Made by a program: the position numbers and the translations under genes. Below are positions 1-13,019 of a DNA stretch of 64,000 nt, piece after piece. Source of the DNA: Eledone cirrhosa (lineage: Eukaryota); NCBI GenBank assembly GCA_964016885.1, contig OZ024741.1, positions 381,362,001 to 381,426,000 of the forward strand. Reading direction: 5' to 3'. Numbering within the stretch: position 1 is the stretch's first letter; each line of letters begins with the position of its first letter. The notes under the pieces are model-generated. The model was not told the origin of the DNA. It saw only the letters and a program-made list of their open reading frames with translations, and ran no database searches.

Positions 1-790
1 ACTCAAGCAAATTATGTTGTAGGAAGTATGTCTGGTATAATCCAATTTTTAATGCTTCGATTAGTACAAAACTATCTCTTTTATTCTTTAAGTTGATTAA
101 CAAGCATTTCGCTAATTCCCATAAATACAGTAACATTCTAAACTCTAAGACTATTAAGCTATCATACTCCACTGCACCAAACCTAGAAACACGCATAAAC
201 AACTTAACTTAAAGCGATTATTAAACAACACTACAAAACAAAATATTTTAGACACAGATGGGCATAACGTAATATCAACTTCCCAACCACCAAATGGGAA
301 ACAAGTATTATACAACCCACCTGTACTGTTATCCCAACCTATCCATGGTACAGTTGTTACCCATAACCAAAACTGTAATTGCCTCCTACCCGAGTGATGC
401 CCATTGAAGAGTAAATGTCTGGAGTCCAACATTGTTTATTAATGCGCAGTCGAATCAAACGACCAGAAATGGTATTACGTCGGGTCTACTACTACCTCCT
501 TTAAATCACGCTGGTATCGTCATCGATTTTCGATTAAACATCCTGAACACCGCTATGTAACTACACTCGCTAATAAGATCTGACAACTCCGCGAACACAA
601 CCAGAAGTTCACCCTAAAATGGGATAAATTATCCAGCGCTAGTGAATATCGGAGTGGATTAAAATACTGCAGATTATGCAACCTTGAACTTTTTTATAAC
701 TTGAAATCTAAAACAATTTACTAATTAACGATCGTTATACTGCAACCACAAACTGAAGGCTAAATTTTCTCACTATAAAAGTAACGTAGC
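1..790 (+). pseudogene. Degenerate 3' part of a Penelope-like element ORF (linker + GIY-YIG endonuclease), Naiad-type
   Basis: Manual translation gives RKYVWYNPIF, TIKLSYS, NCNCLLPE*CPLKSKCLESNIVY*CAV, YYVGSTTTSFKSRWYRH and YCRLCNLE, collinear with the C-termini of ORFs 18351-20480 and 8727-10469. Contains stops and frameshifts. Confidence 0.85.
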
Positions 791-1662
791 ATAATTTAAA
801 CTCGCAACTATTACACCAATTTTTCGCTAACTAATTTAACTCATTACTTACTTCCCCCACCCCCACCACACAACTACTAACCAGTACCGTACTTATCATA
901 ATAAATGTATACTTAAGTACGATCAGCAAACTACAACTATCAACTCGGTGTAAATCACCTTTCCTTCCCCTTTCTTAATTTTTTTTGTCCCCCCTCTCTC
1001 TCTTTCTCTTGCTCTCTCTCGCTCTCTGTCTATCTACCTCCTTCTTCACATCGATTAACCTGCAGTCTGTGGCAATAAATAATTCCAAACTTGATACTAT
1101 CAACACAATGCCTAAGTTGTCTCTTTGAGAGTAAGCAGTATAATAAAACCACTTGTTGGACAACTGTCATACATTTAGATTAAGCTATCTGTATTCTTCA
1201 AACCTCGCTCTCCCACTTCTCCTACCCATATAAATATATATCTCTCCATCTCCCTTTCTTTCTCTCCTCCTTTACTACGCTATCTTCCCCAATTATTCCC
1301 TTTGAGAAATATAAAGAAACTATGGTTCAACCATTCCTTCTGACGAGCAGCATTTGAAAATTGAGTATCTGCAAATTAATAACTACTAATTTGCATATAG
1401 CAAGATTAGTCTGTGTAACTACTATAGAAACCTTTGCAAACACCTGGAATCAATTTCCATTTTATGATGTCTATCTGTTTTGTTAATGATTCTTTATCTA
1501 CACTCCGTAATATTAAAGAATGGAATACCAAGTTTCTTTAACTATCTTTTGTAACTCGTTGAGTAACCCCTCACCGTATGTCGACACTATCTAGTGTAGT
1601 AATTAACATTACTGCATTCAGGAAAATCCTAACAATTTCTTGCATGACTTTATATTTATATA

Positions 1663-1700
<38 letters not shown>

Positions 1701-1702
<2 letters not shown>

Positions 1703-2890
1703 ATAATAATAAAATTGAAGACTAAAATCCAAAGAGGGCTCGATAAGGAAAATATATATCAAATATATAAGAACCGTAGAGCAAATATTTATTAAAATAA
1801 CAGATTAAAGTTTAAGCAAATCATCGCTGCTTTCACCCTTAACGGGATCTTCTGAAACTAACAAAGTCAATCTGTAAACGCAGAACTGGATATTTCAAAA
1901 ACCGTTGCAACCGGAGGAAGACGGGAAGACGATACTTTGGTTCGTGGTAACGTTCGCTGGCAAAGAACAGGAAAAAACGAATAATACGTCATTAATAGGA
2001 GCGGTGAAAAACAATTACGCGCAAAGACAAAACCACGTTTATGGTATAAAAGAGGTCGTAGACTAATGTTCTCTTAGGTGGTGCATATAGACGTTCTCTG
2101 GCAATGAACGAAAAAACGAAGATAATAAGTCATATGTGGAGCGTGGAGAAGAATAGCACACAAAGACAAAGCCACGTAAACGGTATAGCAGAAATCGTAG
2201 ACTAAAATTCTAACTAGGAGACCAAATGAATCTCCGCTACAGAGTTAAGAACAAAGTAAATAAATACAATACAGAAGTAATAGAAACAAATAAATACATA
2301 CACGCAAACAGATACGTATATACACGAGCATACGCAAAACCTTACCATGGGTATACAAAACCACGCACATATAAATATGTGTGTGTGTGTGTATGCTTGT
2401 GTACAAATAAATAAATAATTATATAAACGTATATAAGTAAATAAATACGTATATAACAAGCACACACGCATACCTACATATAAATACACGAATGTTCGGA
2501 GACGTAAGTCAACTAAAACAAGAAGTACACATATACACACACCCACCATACGTACGAACCTGCACACTCACGCGGACGCAAAACTCCCGTATACACGTAG
2601 CCAAACCCTAAATACCAGAATATGAAAAGCTATACGCTATAACAGTCAAATATACGTACGAGAAGGTATACGTACCTTCACAAAACATACGGGTAATATA
2701 TACTTACCTATGCAAATAAGTAAAGGAATAAACAAAACATACACTTAGCTCCCACATCAAGACGTAAAATATCCACGTATAGATCGTGCTATCCGTTAGG
2801 GTATAACGTGGGGCTGTAATACAGGAAAGTTTTGTGCAATTTATGTTTACAAGCCGAAATTGCCTCAGATTTTTTGTTTAAGATGTGGTC
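1701..2890 (-). mobile_element. Solo pseudo-LTR (plus last ~33 codons of the ORF) of the PLE at 17158-21600
   Basis: Near-identical by eye to 20526-21460 and 17161-18452. 2790-2890 matches ORF end 18351-18452. Begins at a (TA)n tract. Confidence 0.9.
1801..1874 (-). ncRNA. Type I hammerhead ribozyme, variant core CAGAAGA
   Basis: Minus strand: AGTTT-CAGAAGA-T-CCC-GTTAA-GGG-T-GAAA-GCA..TGC-TT-AAACT, with a distal stem I extension CAGATTGA/TTAATCTG. Confidence 0.7.
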
Positions 2891-3430
2891 CGTCGGTCAT
2901 GACACTAGAAGAGGTACATATTTAAATTGTATTTTAATTTATTTAAAAGATTGTTCAATGTTTACTTGTTCCGCTCATATTTACAATTCTGGTATCTAAA
3001 ATTAGTATCATAGAACAACCATATATATTTCCGTGGGTACCTAATACCTACTGAGATATCTATATCAATTATCTGTATTCTTCTTAATGTAGAGAAAAAA
3101 CTGCTGTATCATGCTGCTATTTCTAGTAGCATGAAATATCAGCGCGTTTATATTTCCCTCTTTTTCTAACGGTCCAATAAGTGTGTGGGTCATTTTAACG
3201 GTTTGATTCATTCACAGGACAGAGGGTGATATATCTACATCTATGCGGACTTATGTCTAGTATATTTGGAAATGCTATCTGAAGAGCTATATTTTTCCAT
3301 TGGAAATTCTCTGAATTTCCAATCTTTTGATAAGCGAAACCGTCGGTCATGGCACTAGAAGAGGTAAATATTTCAATCCTATTTTAATTTATTTAAAAGA
3401 TTGTGTAATGTTTACTTGTTCCGCTCATAT
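2890..3430 (+). mobile_element. Non-coding HHR-containing unit of 450 nt plus ~90 nt terminal redundancy (retrozyme-like or pLTR-only element)
   Basis: 2890-2980 is repeated at 3340-3430 (offset 450). The repeat starts inside HHR stem III (CCGTCGGTC). No ORF. Confidence 0.7.
3273..3354 (+). ncRNA. Type I hammerhead ribozyme
   Basis: TGCTAT-CTGAAGA-GCT..(ATTGGAAATT/AATTTCCAAT)..AGC-GAAA-CCGTCGG-TC-ATGGCA. All three stems pair. Predicted GUC cleavage after 3348. Confidence 0.9.
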
Positions 3431-3656
3431 ATACACATATATATAATACATATTATATATATATATATATAATATATATTATATATAATATATATTATAT
3501 ATATATATAATGAAGTCAGTGTATTTGAATTATACTTTGTTTATTGATTACTTTCTTTACTGTTATATATATTTCAATGGTAGCTATTATGTAATAGACA
3601 CGATCTCATCAGAGATCAATTGTTCAATCATTATGTATATATACATATACATCGGA

Positions 3657-4150
3657 AAAAATGAAACGAAATTTCATTCCTCACTCTTAGTACTTAAATA
3701 TAAGTATGTATATAAGTATGTATATGTTTCGTTTCATTTTTTCCGTTTATCTTTTTCGGTACCCCGGTCTATTAACTCACTCGATATGCAAATTAGGCTG
3801 CTCAGCCGTTAATATGGATAAGAAGAGTATATACTTTCAGACGTTCAATCATCTGGCGGGAAGGTATACGTTGCTGACGATGGCTAATAAGCTTGAAACT
3901 AGTATAGCGTTACTTTGTCAGTGTTGAAAAAATGAGCAACTATGGTTGCTAGACACTGTACGGCTTAATACGGGATGTTTGTTTACAAACACACCTAGCA
4001 TTATAATAAATGCCCGGTAAATCCATACGTACATATATATATGTGTGCATGTATATATATATATACATACTACTGTACGTCTGTATACTTATATATACAC
4101 ATAATTATACATACATAGATACACTTACACATATCTGCATATATACATTT
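3657..4150 (+). mobile_element. Non-coding HHR repeat family A, copy 1 (with short 5' inversion 3657-3727)
   Basis: Homologous to 5005-5815, 32438-33141 and 48255-48422. Contains ATGCAAAT (3786-3793) and an HHR. Confidence 0.8.
3868..3910 (+). ncRNA. Minimal type I hammerhead ribozyme (family A)
   Basis: ACGTTG-CTGACGA-T-GGCT-AATA-AGCT-T-GAAA-CTAG-TA-TAGCGT. Palindromic CTAG in stem III, GUA triplet. Confidence 0.85.
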
Positions 4151-4169
4151 ACATAGATATACATACATG

Positions 4170-4290
4170 ATAATAATGTTTTCTCATTTAGGCACAGCGC
4201 CAACAATTTTGAAGGAGGGAGAATATGATTAAATCCAAATGAGTGCGTATCTGATACGTTATTGTATCAACGCCGTCAGGTGATAATAAT
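4170..4290. repeat. Interspersed repeat fragment resembling the SINE 3' end; inverted copy at ~15400-15515
   Basis: TCATTTAGGCACAGCGCCAA..GAGTGCGTATCTGATACGTTATT..TCAACGCCGT is matched in reverse complement at 15405-15500. Confidence 0.6.
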
Positions 4291-4406
4291 AGAATGATAT
4301 GTACACACACACATACAAACATGTATACACACACATACACAAACATACATACATGTATACACACACACATGCATATACATATTTATACACATACATATAT
4401 ACACAC

Positions 4407-4528
<122 letters not shown>

Positions 4529-4721
4529 GAAAAAGCATGACCCTGACGGCAGAGCTCAAGCCGTTTCGAGGACTATTTCTGGACTGAAATAGTCGTCTAA
4601 ACTGCTTGAGCTCTGCCGTTAGGTCATACTTTTTCCTATTACCCACTCTACTACCCTAAATATTGAGTACTCTGGTCTGGTGCGTTATGGTCCATCTGGT
4701 TCCTTACCACAACTCCTTCGT

Positions 4722-4722
<1 letters not shown>
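4529..4722 (+). repeat. ~110 bp fold-back (4529-4637) built from the 3' half of an HHR, plus a pLTR-like tail shared with 34350-34475
   Basis: Arms GAAAAAGCATGACCCTGACGGCAGAGCTCAAGC / GCTTGAGCTCTGCCGTTAGGTCATACTTTTTC. Tail CTACCCTAARTATTGAGTACTCTGG recurs at ~34407. Confidence 0.7.
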
Positions 4723-4765
<43 letters not shown>

Positions 4766-4912
4766 TATATGAGCTCAGCATGGCCTGAGCCGGATGGCTG
4801 GAACAGGTAAAAGAGTAAAAGTGTAATATACTCACACACACACACACACATACACACATATATAAACATATGTATACATACATGCATACGCACACATGAT
4901 ATGTACACATAC

Positions 4913-4951
<39 letters not shown>

Positions 4952-4956
4952 CTCAT

Positions 4957-5004
<48 letters not shown>

Positions 5005-5005
<1 letters not shown>

Positions 5006-5117
5006 TTAAGATAAAATGAAAACGAAATTTCATTTCTCACTCTTAGTACGGCACTTACTTAAATGTAAGTATGTGTGTATACGTACATACATATATGTAT
5101 ACAGACGTACAGTATCA

Positions 5118-5189
<72 letters not shown>

Positions 5190-5341
5190 TGTTGAACAAA
5201 AAGGTGACGTGGTTGCCTTAACACCGTACGGCCTAACAAAAAAATTCAGGCTGTTCAGTTTGTTTACAAACGAACAAAGCGGCGTTATAATAAGCGTCCG
5301 GTAAACTGATACGTGCATATATGTATGTGTACCTGTATGTA

Positions 5342-5374
<33 letters not shown>

Positions 5375-5808
5375 GCATGCTACTGTACGTCTGTATACAT
5401 ATATGTATGTACGTATACACACATACTTACATTTAAGTAAGTGCCGTATTAAGAGTGAGAAATGAAATTTCGTTTTCATTTTATTTCAACTTATCGTTTT
5501 CGGTATGCCTGACCGACTTAGCTCACTCGATATGCAAATTAGGCTGCTCAGCCGTTAATTTTCATAAAGAAAGTATATACTTTCGAACGTTCAACTATCT
5601 GGCAGATGGGTATACGGTGCTGATGATAGCTAACAAGCTTGAAACTAGTACATCATTCCTGTGTCAGTGTTGAACAAAAAGGTGACGTGGTTGCCTTAAC
5701 ACCGTACGGCATAAACATTCAGACTGTTCAGTTTGTTTACAAACGAACAAAGCGGCGTTATAATAAGCGTCCGCTAAACTGATACGTGCATATATGTATG
5801 TGTACCTG

Positions 5809-5815
<7 letters not shown>
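5005..5815 (+). mobile_element. Non-coding HHR repeat family A, copy 2: inverted fragment (5005-5120) + ~1.3 tandem units (5186-5815)
   Basis: 5186-5340 is repeated at 5664-5815 (offset ~478). 5005-5120 is the reverse complement of ~5375-5495. Flanked by (TA)n. Confidence 0.85.
5616..5654 (+). ncRNA. Minimal type I hammerhead ribozyme (family A)
   Basis: GGTG-CTGATGA-T-AGCT-AACA-AGCT-T-GAAA-CTAG-TA-CATC. Confidence 0.88.
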
Positions 5816-5843
<28 letters not shown>

Positions 5844-5925
5844 GTTATTCCGGGTTGAATCGGAGGTAACCACAGTAAGTAAGGTACTCAATACATAGCA
5901 GAGTATAAACGTTTTAATATAGATG

Positions 5926-5976
5926 AGATTCTACAGGACTAGAACTGTTTCATTCTTTAGAAATCATCAGGAATCT
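5926..5976 (-). ncRNA. Type I hammerhead ribozyme in a pLTR-like fragment (~5824-6420)
   Basis: Minus strand: AGATTC-CTGATGA-T-TTC-TAAA-GAA-T-GAAA-CAG-TTCTAGTC-CTG-TA-GAATCT. Perfect 6-bp stem I, GUA triplet. Confidence 0.9.
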
Positions 5977-6286
5977 GGGTATCAAAAAATAAAGATGGTA
6001 TTTATAGGTCTCTACAAGTGGTAGGAGAGGGTGGGGAGTGGGATGGGTGTAGGTCATTGGTTGATAGAAAAGGGAATTCATTAAAAGCTAATTCTACAAA
6101 GCTATAGTTTATTTTTATTTATTTATGTTTTTAGAGTAACAAGGGCAGACAGAATTCTATAAACAGGTTCCGGATGGCATACCATTCCTTGTCATTAAGT
6201 TTCTCTTAAGCTAACAGATGTCTATAAGATCAGTGGGGGGGGGGGGGGGGGGTCAGTCATGGTCGATAGAATTACAGAAAAGGGAG

Positions 6287-6584
6287 ATTCTTTAAAAGCT
6301 AAAATCATTAAGGTTCTACTAAGTGACAAAGGTTTAGAGAGTTCTGTAGACAGATTCAAAATACTGAGTGCATATCTTACAATTATCTTCGAACTTCTCT
6401 TAAACTAATCAACTATAAGCCAAAAATCAACACACACATTCACAAAAAAAAAAAAAAAAACATACTCATTCACACACTCACGCGCAACCATAAACACACA
6501 TACACATATACACACATAAAAACACACACACATATATATAAATATAAATACATTTATATACATACATATACATACACACATACA

Positions 6585-6636
<52 letters not shown>

Positions 6637-6963
6637 TATATATACATACACATACATATATATTCTTTAAAAGCTAAAATCATTAAGGTTCTACTAAGTG
6701 ACAAAGGTTTAGAGAGTTCTGTAGACAGATTCAAAATACTGAGTGCATATCTTACAATTATCTTCGAACTTCTCTTAAACTAATCAACTATAAGCCAAAA
6801 ATCAACAGACACATTCACAAAAAAAAAAAAAAAAAAAAAACATACTCACTCACACACTCACGCGCTACCATAAACACACATACACATATACACACATAAA
6901 AACACACACACATATATATAAATATAAATATATTTATATACATACATATACATACACACATAC

Positions 6964-7000
<37 letters not shown>
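6287..7000. repeat. Tandem duplication of ~375 bp (6287-6661 / 6662-7000) including poly(A) and CA/TA-rich tract
   Basis: ATTCTTTAAAAGCTAAAATCATTAAGG starts at both 6287 and 6662, and the units are near-identical. Confidence 0.9.
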
Positions 7001-7002
<2 letters not shown>

Positions 7003-7044
7003 CAATATTAAATAAATGGAAAACTATATTTATAAAACCATATT

Positions 7045-7110
7045 TATTTCATTATATATATTTCGGGGATATCATATTAACAATATGCTATGCCTTCATC
7101 AGACAAAATA
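7045..7110 (-). ncRNA. Type I hammerhead ribozyme in pLTR
   Basis: Reverse-complement copy of 12139-12204. Confidence 0.75.
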
Positions 7111-7455
7111 CAATATAAACAGTTTTATAGATAAATATATTCGACATACCGTAATAAACATCAACTGCAACTAGCAGTGAAAATACAGAGAGAAAGAAAG
7201 AGAGAAAGAAAAGAGGGAAAAACGAAAGAAAGAAAGACAAAACGAAGAAAAGGAAGAAAAAGAAGAAAAAGAAAAAGAAGAAATGCATGGAACAAAATAG
7301 AGAGATGGAAAAATAGATAAAGTGAAGAGCTTCATGTAAAGAAACAGAAAGATATATATATATAGAGAGAGAGAGGAAATAGAGATAGATACATATATAT
7401 ATATAGAAAATTGGGTAGTGGGAGGTCATTTTGAGTAAGTCTATCAATGATATAT

Positions 7456-7486
<31 letters not shown>

Positions 7487-8726
7487 GCTCAAGTATTAAT
7501 GTAAGGGAGATATATAGAGAGATATAGAGAGATATAGAGAGAGAAAAAAAATTTTAAAATATCCAGACATATTCGAGGCGTAGAAAACCCTATGTTTTAA
7601 TGTATTAGTATTTATAAAACTTACACTACACTGTAAATATCAGTATTCCTGAATGAAACAAGTATTCACAATGTGTGAAAATTCATTATCTTATGTTTAG
7701 TTTTAAAAATTCATATGTCTATGTGACAGCTACAAATCTCAATGTGAATCCAACTGATTCACTCCGCAAACTCTAAGTTATCGGAAAACATTCTCAATGT
7801 GGTATAAACATTTGAGCGTATTATTATTCTTGCGATTACTCTACAAGATTATCTATCAAGCAGAAATAGAGAGCAGATTTCAATATACTAATCGAAAATA
7901 TATATTATATTATAAACATAATAATAAGTAAAAATATAGAATAGAAAACTAAAAAAATATTACGAAAGAATATTACATAATAAAAATATTGCATATTAAA
8001 AATACTACGTATTAAAAAATATTACGTATTAAAGATTTACATATAAAAATTTACATATAAAAATATACATATAAAAATTTACATATAAAAATTTACATAT
8101 AAAAATATATAAAAATATTAAAAAAAATAAAATAAAAATAAAAATATTATAGAATACTACAATACTAAAAGAATAAAAGTAAAAATAAAAATAAAAATAA
8201 AAATAAAAATAAAAATAAAAATAAAAATAAAAATAAAAATAAAAATAAAAATAAAAATAAAAATAAAAATAAAAATAAAAATAAAAATAAAAATAAAAAT
8301 AAAAATAAAAATAAAAATAAAAATAAAAATAAAAATAAAAATAAAATGAAAATAAAAATAAACCACAAAAAACAACCCTCCAAAGTTAATTGACAATATA
8401 TTGCCAAGTTCACTACAAGACAAAGCCAAAAATTATCTATCAAATCACATCTAGCAAAGAATATCGTAAAAAGATTATGATGTCCAATAATGTCTACATA
8501 TGTTCCTATGTTTAATATAGAAGTTTATCTAGTGTAAGGTTAATTCAAAAAATTTGGAGCATCGGCTTTTAGGGTAGCTTAATTTTTCATGAGGAATGTT
8601 TAGATAAAAATAAAAATAAATAAAATAAAATAAACAATAAAAAGAGTAAAACGAGGGAATCAAAGATTTAGGAATCAAAAGATTTATCGGCTAGTTCTCA
8701 CATAAACATAAATCAAACTAAATATA

Positions 8727-10440
8727 CTACATTTTAAATTTAAATTTATATTTAAACGTTGAGTTTAATCTATGTTTGCAACAACTGAATAAATTTGTCC
8801 GTAGGTTAAGGGAGTTTTTAGATTTTAGTATAAAGAATATCTCCTCTGCGCAGAGGTCACATGTCTCAGAGGATGAATTAAAAGGAATCCCTCTTGAGAC
8901 TATATTCCAAGCCGTCGAATATCTAACGTTATCTAGCTTAAGTTGCCAGAGTACCCCTGATAGTGCCGTTGAAGATTTTTTATTTGGATCTGTGAAATAA
9001 TTCTTGTGGTTATTATAGCGAAGTTTAAATTCCGTCGATGTGGAACCGACGTAGTTAAAATAATTAGAGTCAGTATTAACATTACAATTGTATACTATAT
9101 TTTTAACTAAGCAGTTGTTATTTAACGGACATTTAGATCTATCTCTACAGTTACATTTGTTAACTTTTATATTATTTATGCTATTATCAGTAGGTTTTAA
9201 GTTCCTATTATTTATTCTATTAATATTTTGTGCTAAATTTTTGGTGGATGAGTAGGTTAATTTAATTGTATGCCTATTGAAGATTGAGTGATACCTATGT
9301 GTTCTAGGGAAGCGATTATCAAGAGCTTTGAAAAATAATTTAGTGATGTGGGTTTTAATGTTTAGTGAGAAAGGGGGAGCAAACCAAATTATGTTCCTAG
9401 TTCTATTTCTTTTTTGTCCTTTGGAATTATTGTAATGCTTTCTATTATAGTTGTTAATGTTGTTGCCGTAATTAAAAAAGTTGTTACTTTGTTTAGTTTG
9501 TCTATCATTATCTATGTATACAATCTTATCAGCATACCCTGCCCTAGCTAGTGCATCATTATAGTATTGGGCCTTTTCGTCAAAAATCTTTCTATTCGAC
9601 GAGATCCTAGAGATACGTTTTTGGACTGAGTTTACTATAGTGTTTTTGACAGATCTGGGGTGGTTAGAGTTAAAGTTGACATAGTTTAAGTTTTCATTCA
9701 ACTTGTGAAAAGGATAGTGGAGACATGTGTTGAGATTTAATGTTATATCTAGGAAATTGACTATTCTATGGTTGTTCTCAATTTCTATTTTAAGGTTAAA
9801 GTAATTAAAAAATTTTGTAATTTGTTTACATTTTCTATTTAGTTCAGGGTTATTATTATTAATAAGTAAAAGCATGTCATCCCTATATAAACCTCCGGTA
9901 GTACCAGGTATTTTCCTATGTAGCGAATTGATTAAAAATAAGCCCACAAGGTCAGTTACCTGAGCTGAGTCGGAAGATCCCATAGTTATGTCAAAATTGC
10001 TATCTCTATCTGCTCTAGTCCATAATTTGTCATTAAATTCTATCAGAGTTTTCCTAGCCGATAATATAATATGCATTTCTTTGCTAGTTAGGTCCGTATG
10101 TTTGAATGCGTAATTTAGTGCCCTATTTAGTAGACTAGGGGTAATAGAAGAATAATAGTTAGCTATATCAAGTTGAATAAACCTATTATTATTGTCATAT
10201 TTAATTTGCCTAAACCACTCAACAACCTCTCCAGTTCCCTTCCACAAGCTCAGGTTAGATACACAATCCAAGTTCTTAATTTGCAGTATCACCCTGTCAA
10301 GAATGCTTTTACTTAATTTTCCCAGGTCCGATTTTGAAGGTGCGATCAATCTCACTGGCAGGTCATTTTCAAAATTGCTCTTGTGGTCCTTCATATTGAT
10401 CTTCGGTTTCCTGGGCACGAAAGGTTGTGTTCTGTTCTCA
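8727..10440 (-). CDS. PLE reverse transcriptase + GIY-YIG endonuclease, open but 5'-truncated
   Basis: Motifs KDHK, FIQLDIANYYSSI, DITMGSSDSAQVTDLVG, GGLYRDD, NFLDITL, CNC-x5-CPL-x3-CL, NIVY..YVGSTS..R..H, CDLC and CKH. The first ~10 residues of the tracked ORF (10441-10469) derive from the inverted arm. Confidence 0.92.
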
Positions 10441-11760
10441 ATATTCGACGGCTTGGAATATAGTCTCAAGAGGGATTCCTTTTAATTCATCCTCTGAGAC
10501 ATGTGACCTCTGCGCAGAGGAGATATTCTTTATACTAAAATCTAAAAACTCCCTTAACCTACGGACAAATTTATTCAGTTGTTGCAAACATAGATTAAAC
10601 TCAACGTTTAAATATAAATTTAAATTTAAAATGTAGTATATTTAGTTTGATTTATGTTTATGTGAGAACTAGCCGATAAATCTTTTGATTCCTAAATCTT
10701 TGATTCCCTCGTTTTACTCTTTTTATTGTTTATTTTATTTTATTTATTTTTATTTTTATCTAAACATTCCTCATGAAAAATTAAGCTACCCTAAAAGCCG
10801 ATGCTCCAAATTTTTTGAATTAACCTTACACTAGATAAACTTCTATATTAAACATAGGAACATATGTAGACATTATTGGACATCATAATCTTTTTACGAT
10901 ATTCTTTGCTAGATGTGATTTGATAGATAATTTTTGGCTTTGTCTTGTAGTGAACTTGGCAATATATTGTCAATTAACTTTGAAGGGTTGTTTTTTGTGG
11001 TTTATTTTTATTTTCATTTTTATTTTTATTTTTATTTTTATTTTTATTTTTATTTTTATTTTTACTTTTATTCTTTTAGTATTGTAGTATTCTATAATAT
11101 TTTTATTTTTATTTTATTTTTTTTAATATTTTTATATATTTTTATATGTAAATTTTTATATGTAAATTTTTATATGTATATTTTTATATGTAAATTTTTA
11201 TATGTAAATCTTTAATACGTAATATTTTTTAATACGTAGTATTTTTAATATGCAATATTTTTATTATGTAATATTCTTTCGTAATATTTTTTTTTAGTTT
11301 TCTATTCTATATTCTTACTTATTATTATGTTTATAATATAATATATATTTTCGATTAGTATATTGAAATCTGCTCTCTATTTCTGCTTGATAGATAATCT
11401 TGTAGAGTAATCGCAAGAATAATAATACGCTCAAATTTTTATACCACATTGAGAATGTTTTCCGATAACTTAGAGTTTGCGGAGTGAATCAGTTGGATTC
11501 ACATTGAGATTTGTAGCTGTCACATAGACATATGAATTTTTAAAACTAAACATAAAATAATGAATTTTCACACATTGTGAATACTTGTTTCATTCAGGAA
11601 TACTGATATTTACAGTGTAGTGTAAGTTTTATAAATACTAATACATTAAAACATAGGGTTTTCTACGCCTCGAATATGTCTGGATATTTTTAAATTTTTT
11701 TTTCTCTATATATATCTCTCTATATCTCTCTATATATCTCCCTTACATTAATACTTGAGC

Positions 11761-11791
<31 letters not shown>

Positions 11792-12138
11792 ATATATCAT
11801 TGATACACTTACTCAAAATGACCTCCCACTACCTAATTTTCTCTCTATATATATGTATCTATCTCTATTTCCTCTCTCTCTATATATATATATATATCTT
11901 TCTGTCTCTTTACATGAAGCTCTTCACTTTATCTATTTTTCCATCTCTCTATTTTGTTCCATGCATTTCTTCTTTTTCTTTTTCTTCTTTTTCTTCCTTT
12001 TCTTCGTTTTGTCTTTCTTTCTTTCGTTTTTCCCTCTTTTCTTTCTCTCTTTCTTTCTCTCTGTATTTTCACTGCTAGTTGCAGTTGATGTTTATTACGG
12101 TATGTCGAATATATTTATCTATAAAACTGTTTATATTG

Positions 12139-12204
12139 TATTTTGTCTGATGAAGGCATAGCATATTGTTAATATGATATCCCCGAAATATATATAATGA
12201 AATA
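12139..12204 (+). ncRNA. Type I hammerhead ribozyme in pLTR
   Basis: TATTTTGT-CTGATGA-AGG..(CATATT/AATATG)..CCC-GAAA-TATATA-TA-ATGAAATA. 8-bp stem I with two G-U pairs, palindromic stem III, AUA triplet. Confidence 0.75.
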
Positions 12205-12332
12205 AATATAGTTTTATAAATATAGTTTTCCATTTATTTAATATTGTAAATATACTCCAAATATTTGTCGAGTGCTTTTATATCAGTTATAAATATTTAC
12301 TAGTTGTAACCCAACAATTTTAAATATTACTT

Positions 12333-12380
<48 letters not shown>

Positions 12381-12540
12381 TATATATACATACACATACA
12401 CATACATATATATACACAGACACACACATATATACACATATAAATACACTCACACACATACATACAACATACAAACACAAATATACATGTGTATACATAT
12501 ACACACAAATACACATAGATATATATACATATATATACAG

Positions 12541-12640
<100 letters not shown>

Positions 12641-12773
12641 TTGTGTATATATATGTATATATGTATATATATTTGTGTTTGTATGTATGTGTGTGAGTGT
12701 ATTTATATGTGTATATATATGTGTGTGTGTGTGTGTGTATATATATGTATGTGTGTGTGTATGTATATATATA

Positions 12774-12860
<87 letters not shown>

Positions 12861-13019
12861 GTATGTGTGTATGTATATGTATGTATATAAATATATTTAT
12901 ATTTATATATATGTGTGTGTGTTTTTATGTGTGTATATGTGTATGTGTATGTGTGTTTATGGTTGCGCGTGATGTGTGAGTGAGTATGTTTTTTTTTTTT
13001 TTTTTTTTTTTTTTGATTT

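Larger units (their letters stand above)
7001..12330 (-). mobile_element. 5'-truncated Penelope-like element (Naiad-type) with long inverted pLTRs (7001-8922 / 10441-12248)
   Basis: The arms are reverse complements including the ORF's last ~65 codons. RT and GIY-YIG motifs lie between them. One HHR per arm. Confidence 0.93.

Noticed and set aside
370-450. In-frame TGA near cysteines in a Naiad-type ORF (some Naiads encode selenoproteins)
   Set aside because: The TGA falls before the Cys of CPL rather than at a Cys position, a TAA follows shortly, and both open Naiad ORFs here use ordinary Cys codons. This is decay, not selenocysteine.
1333-1450. Possible HHR (CTGACGAGCA..TTGCAAAC..GGAAT) in the pLTR of the first element
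   Set aside because: GAAA and the cleavage triplet are not intact. At best a decayed ribozyme.
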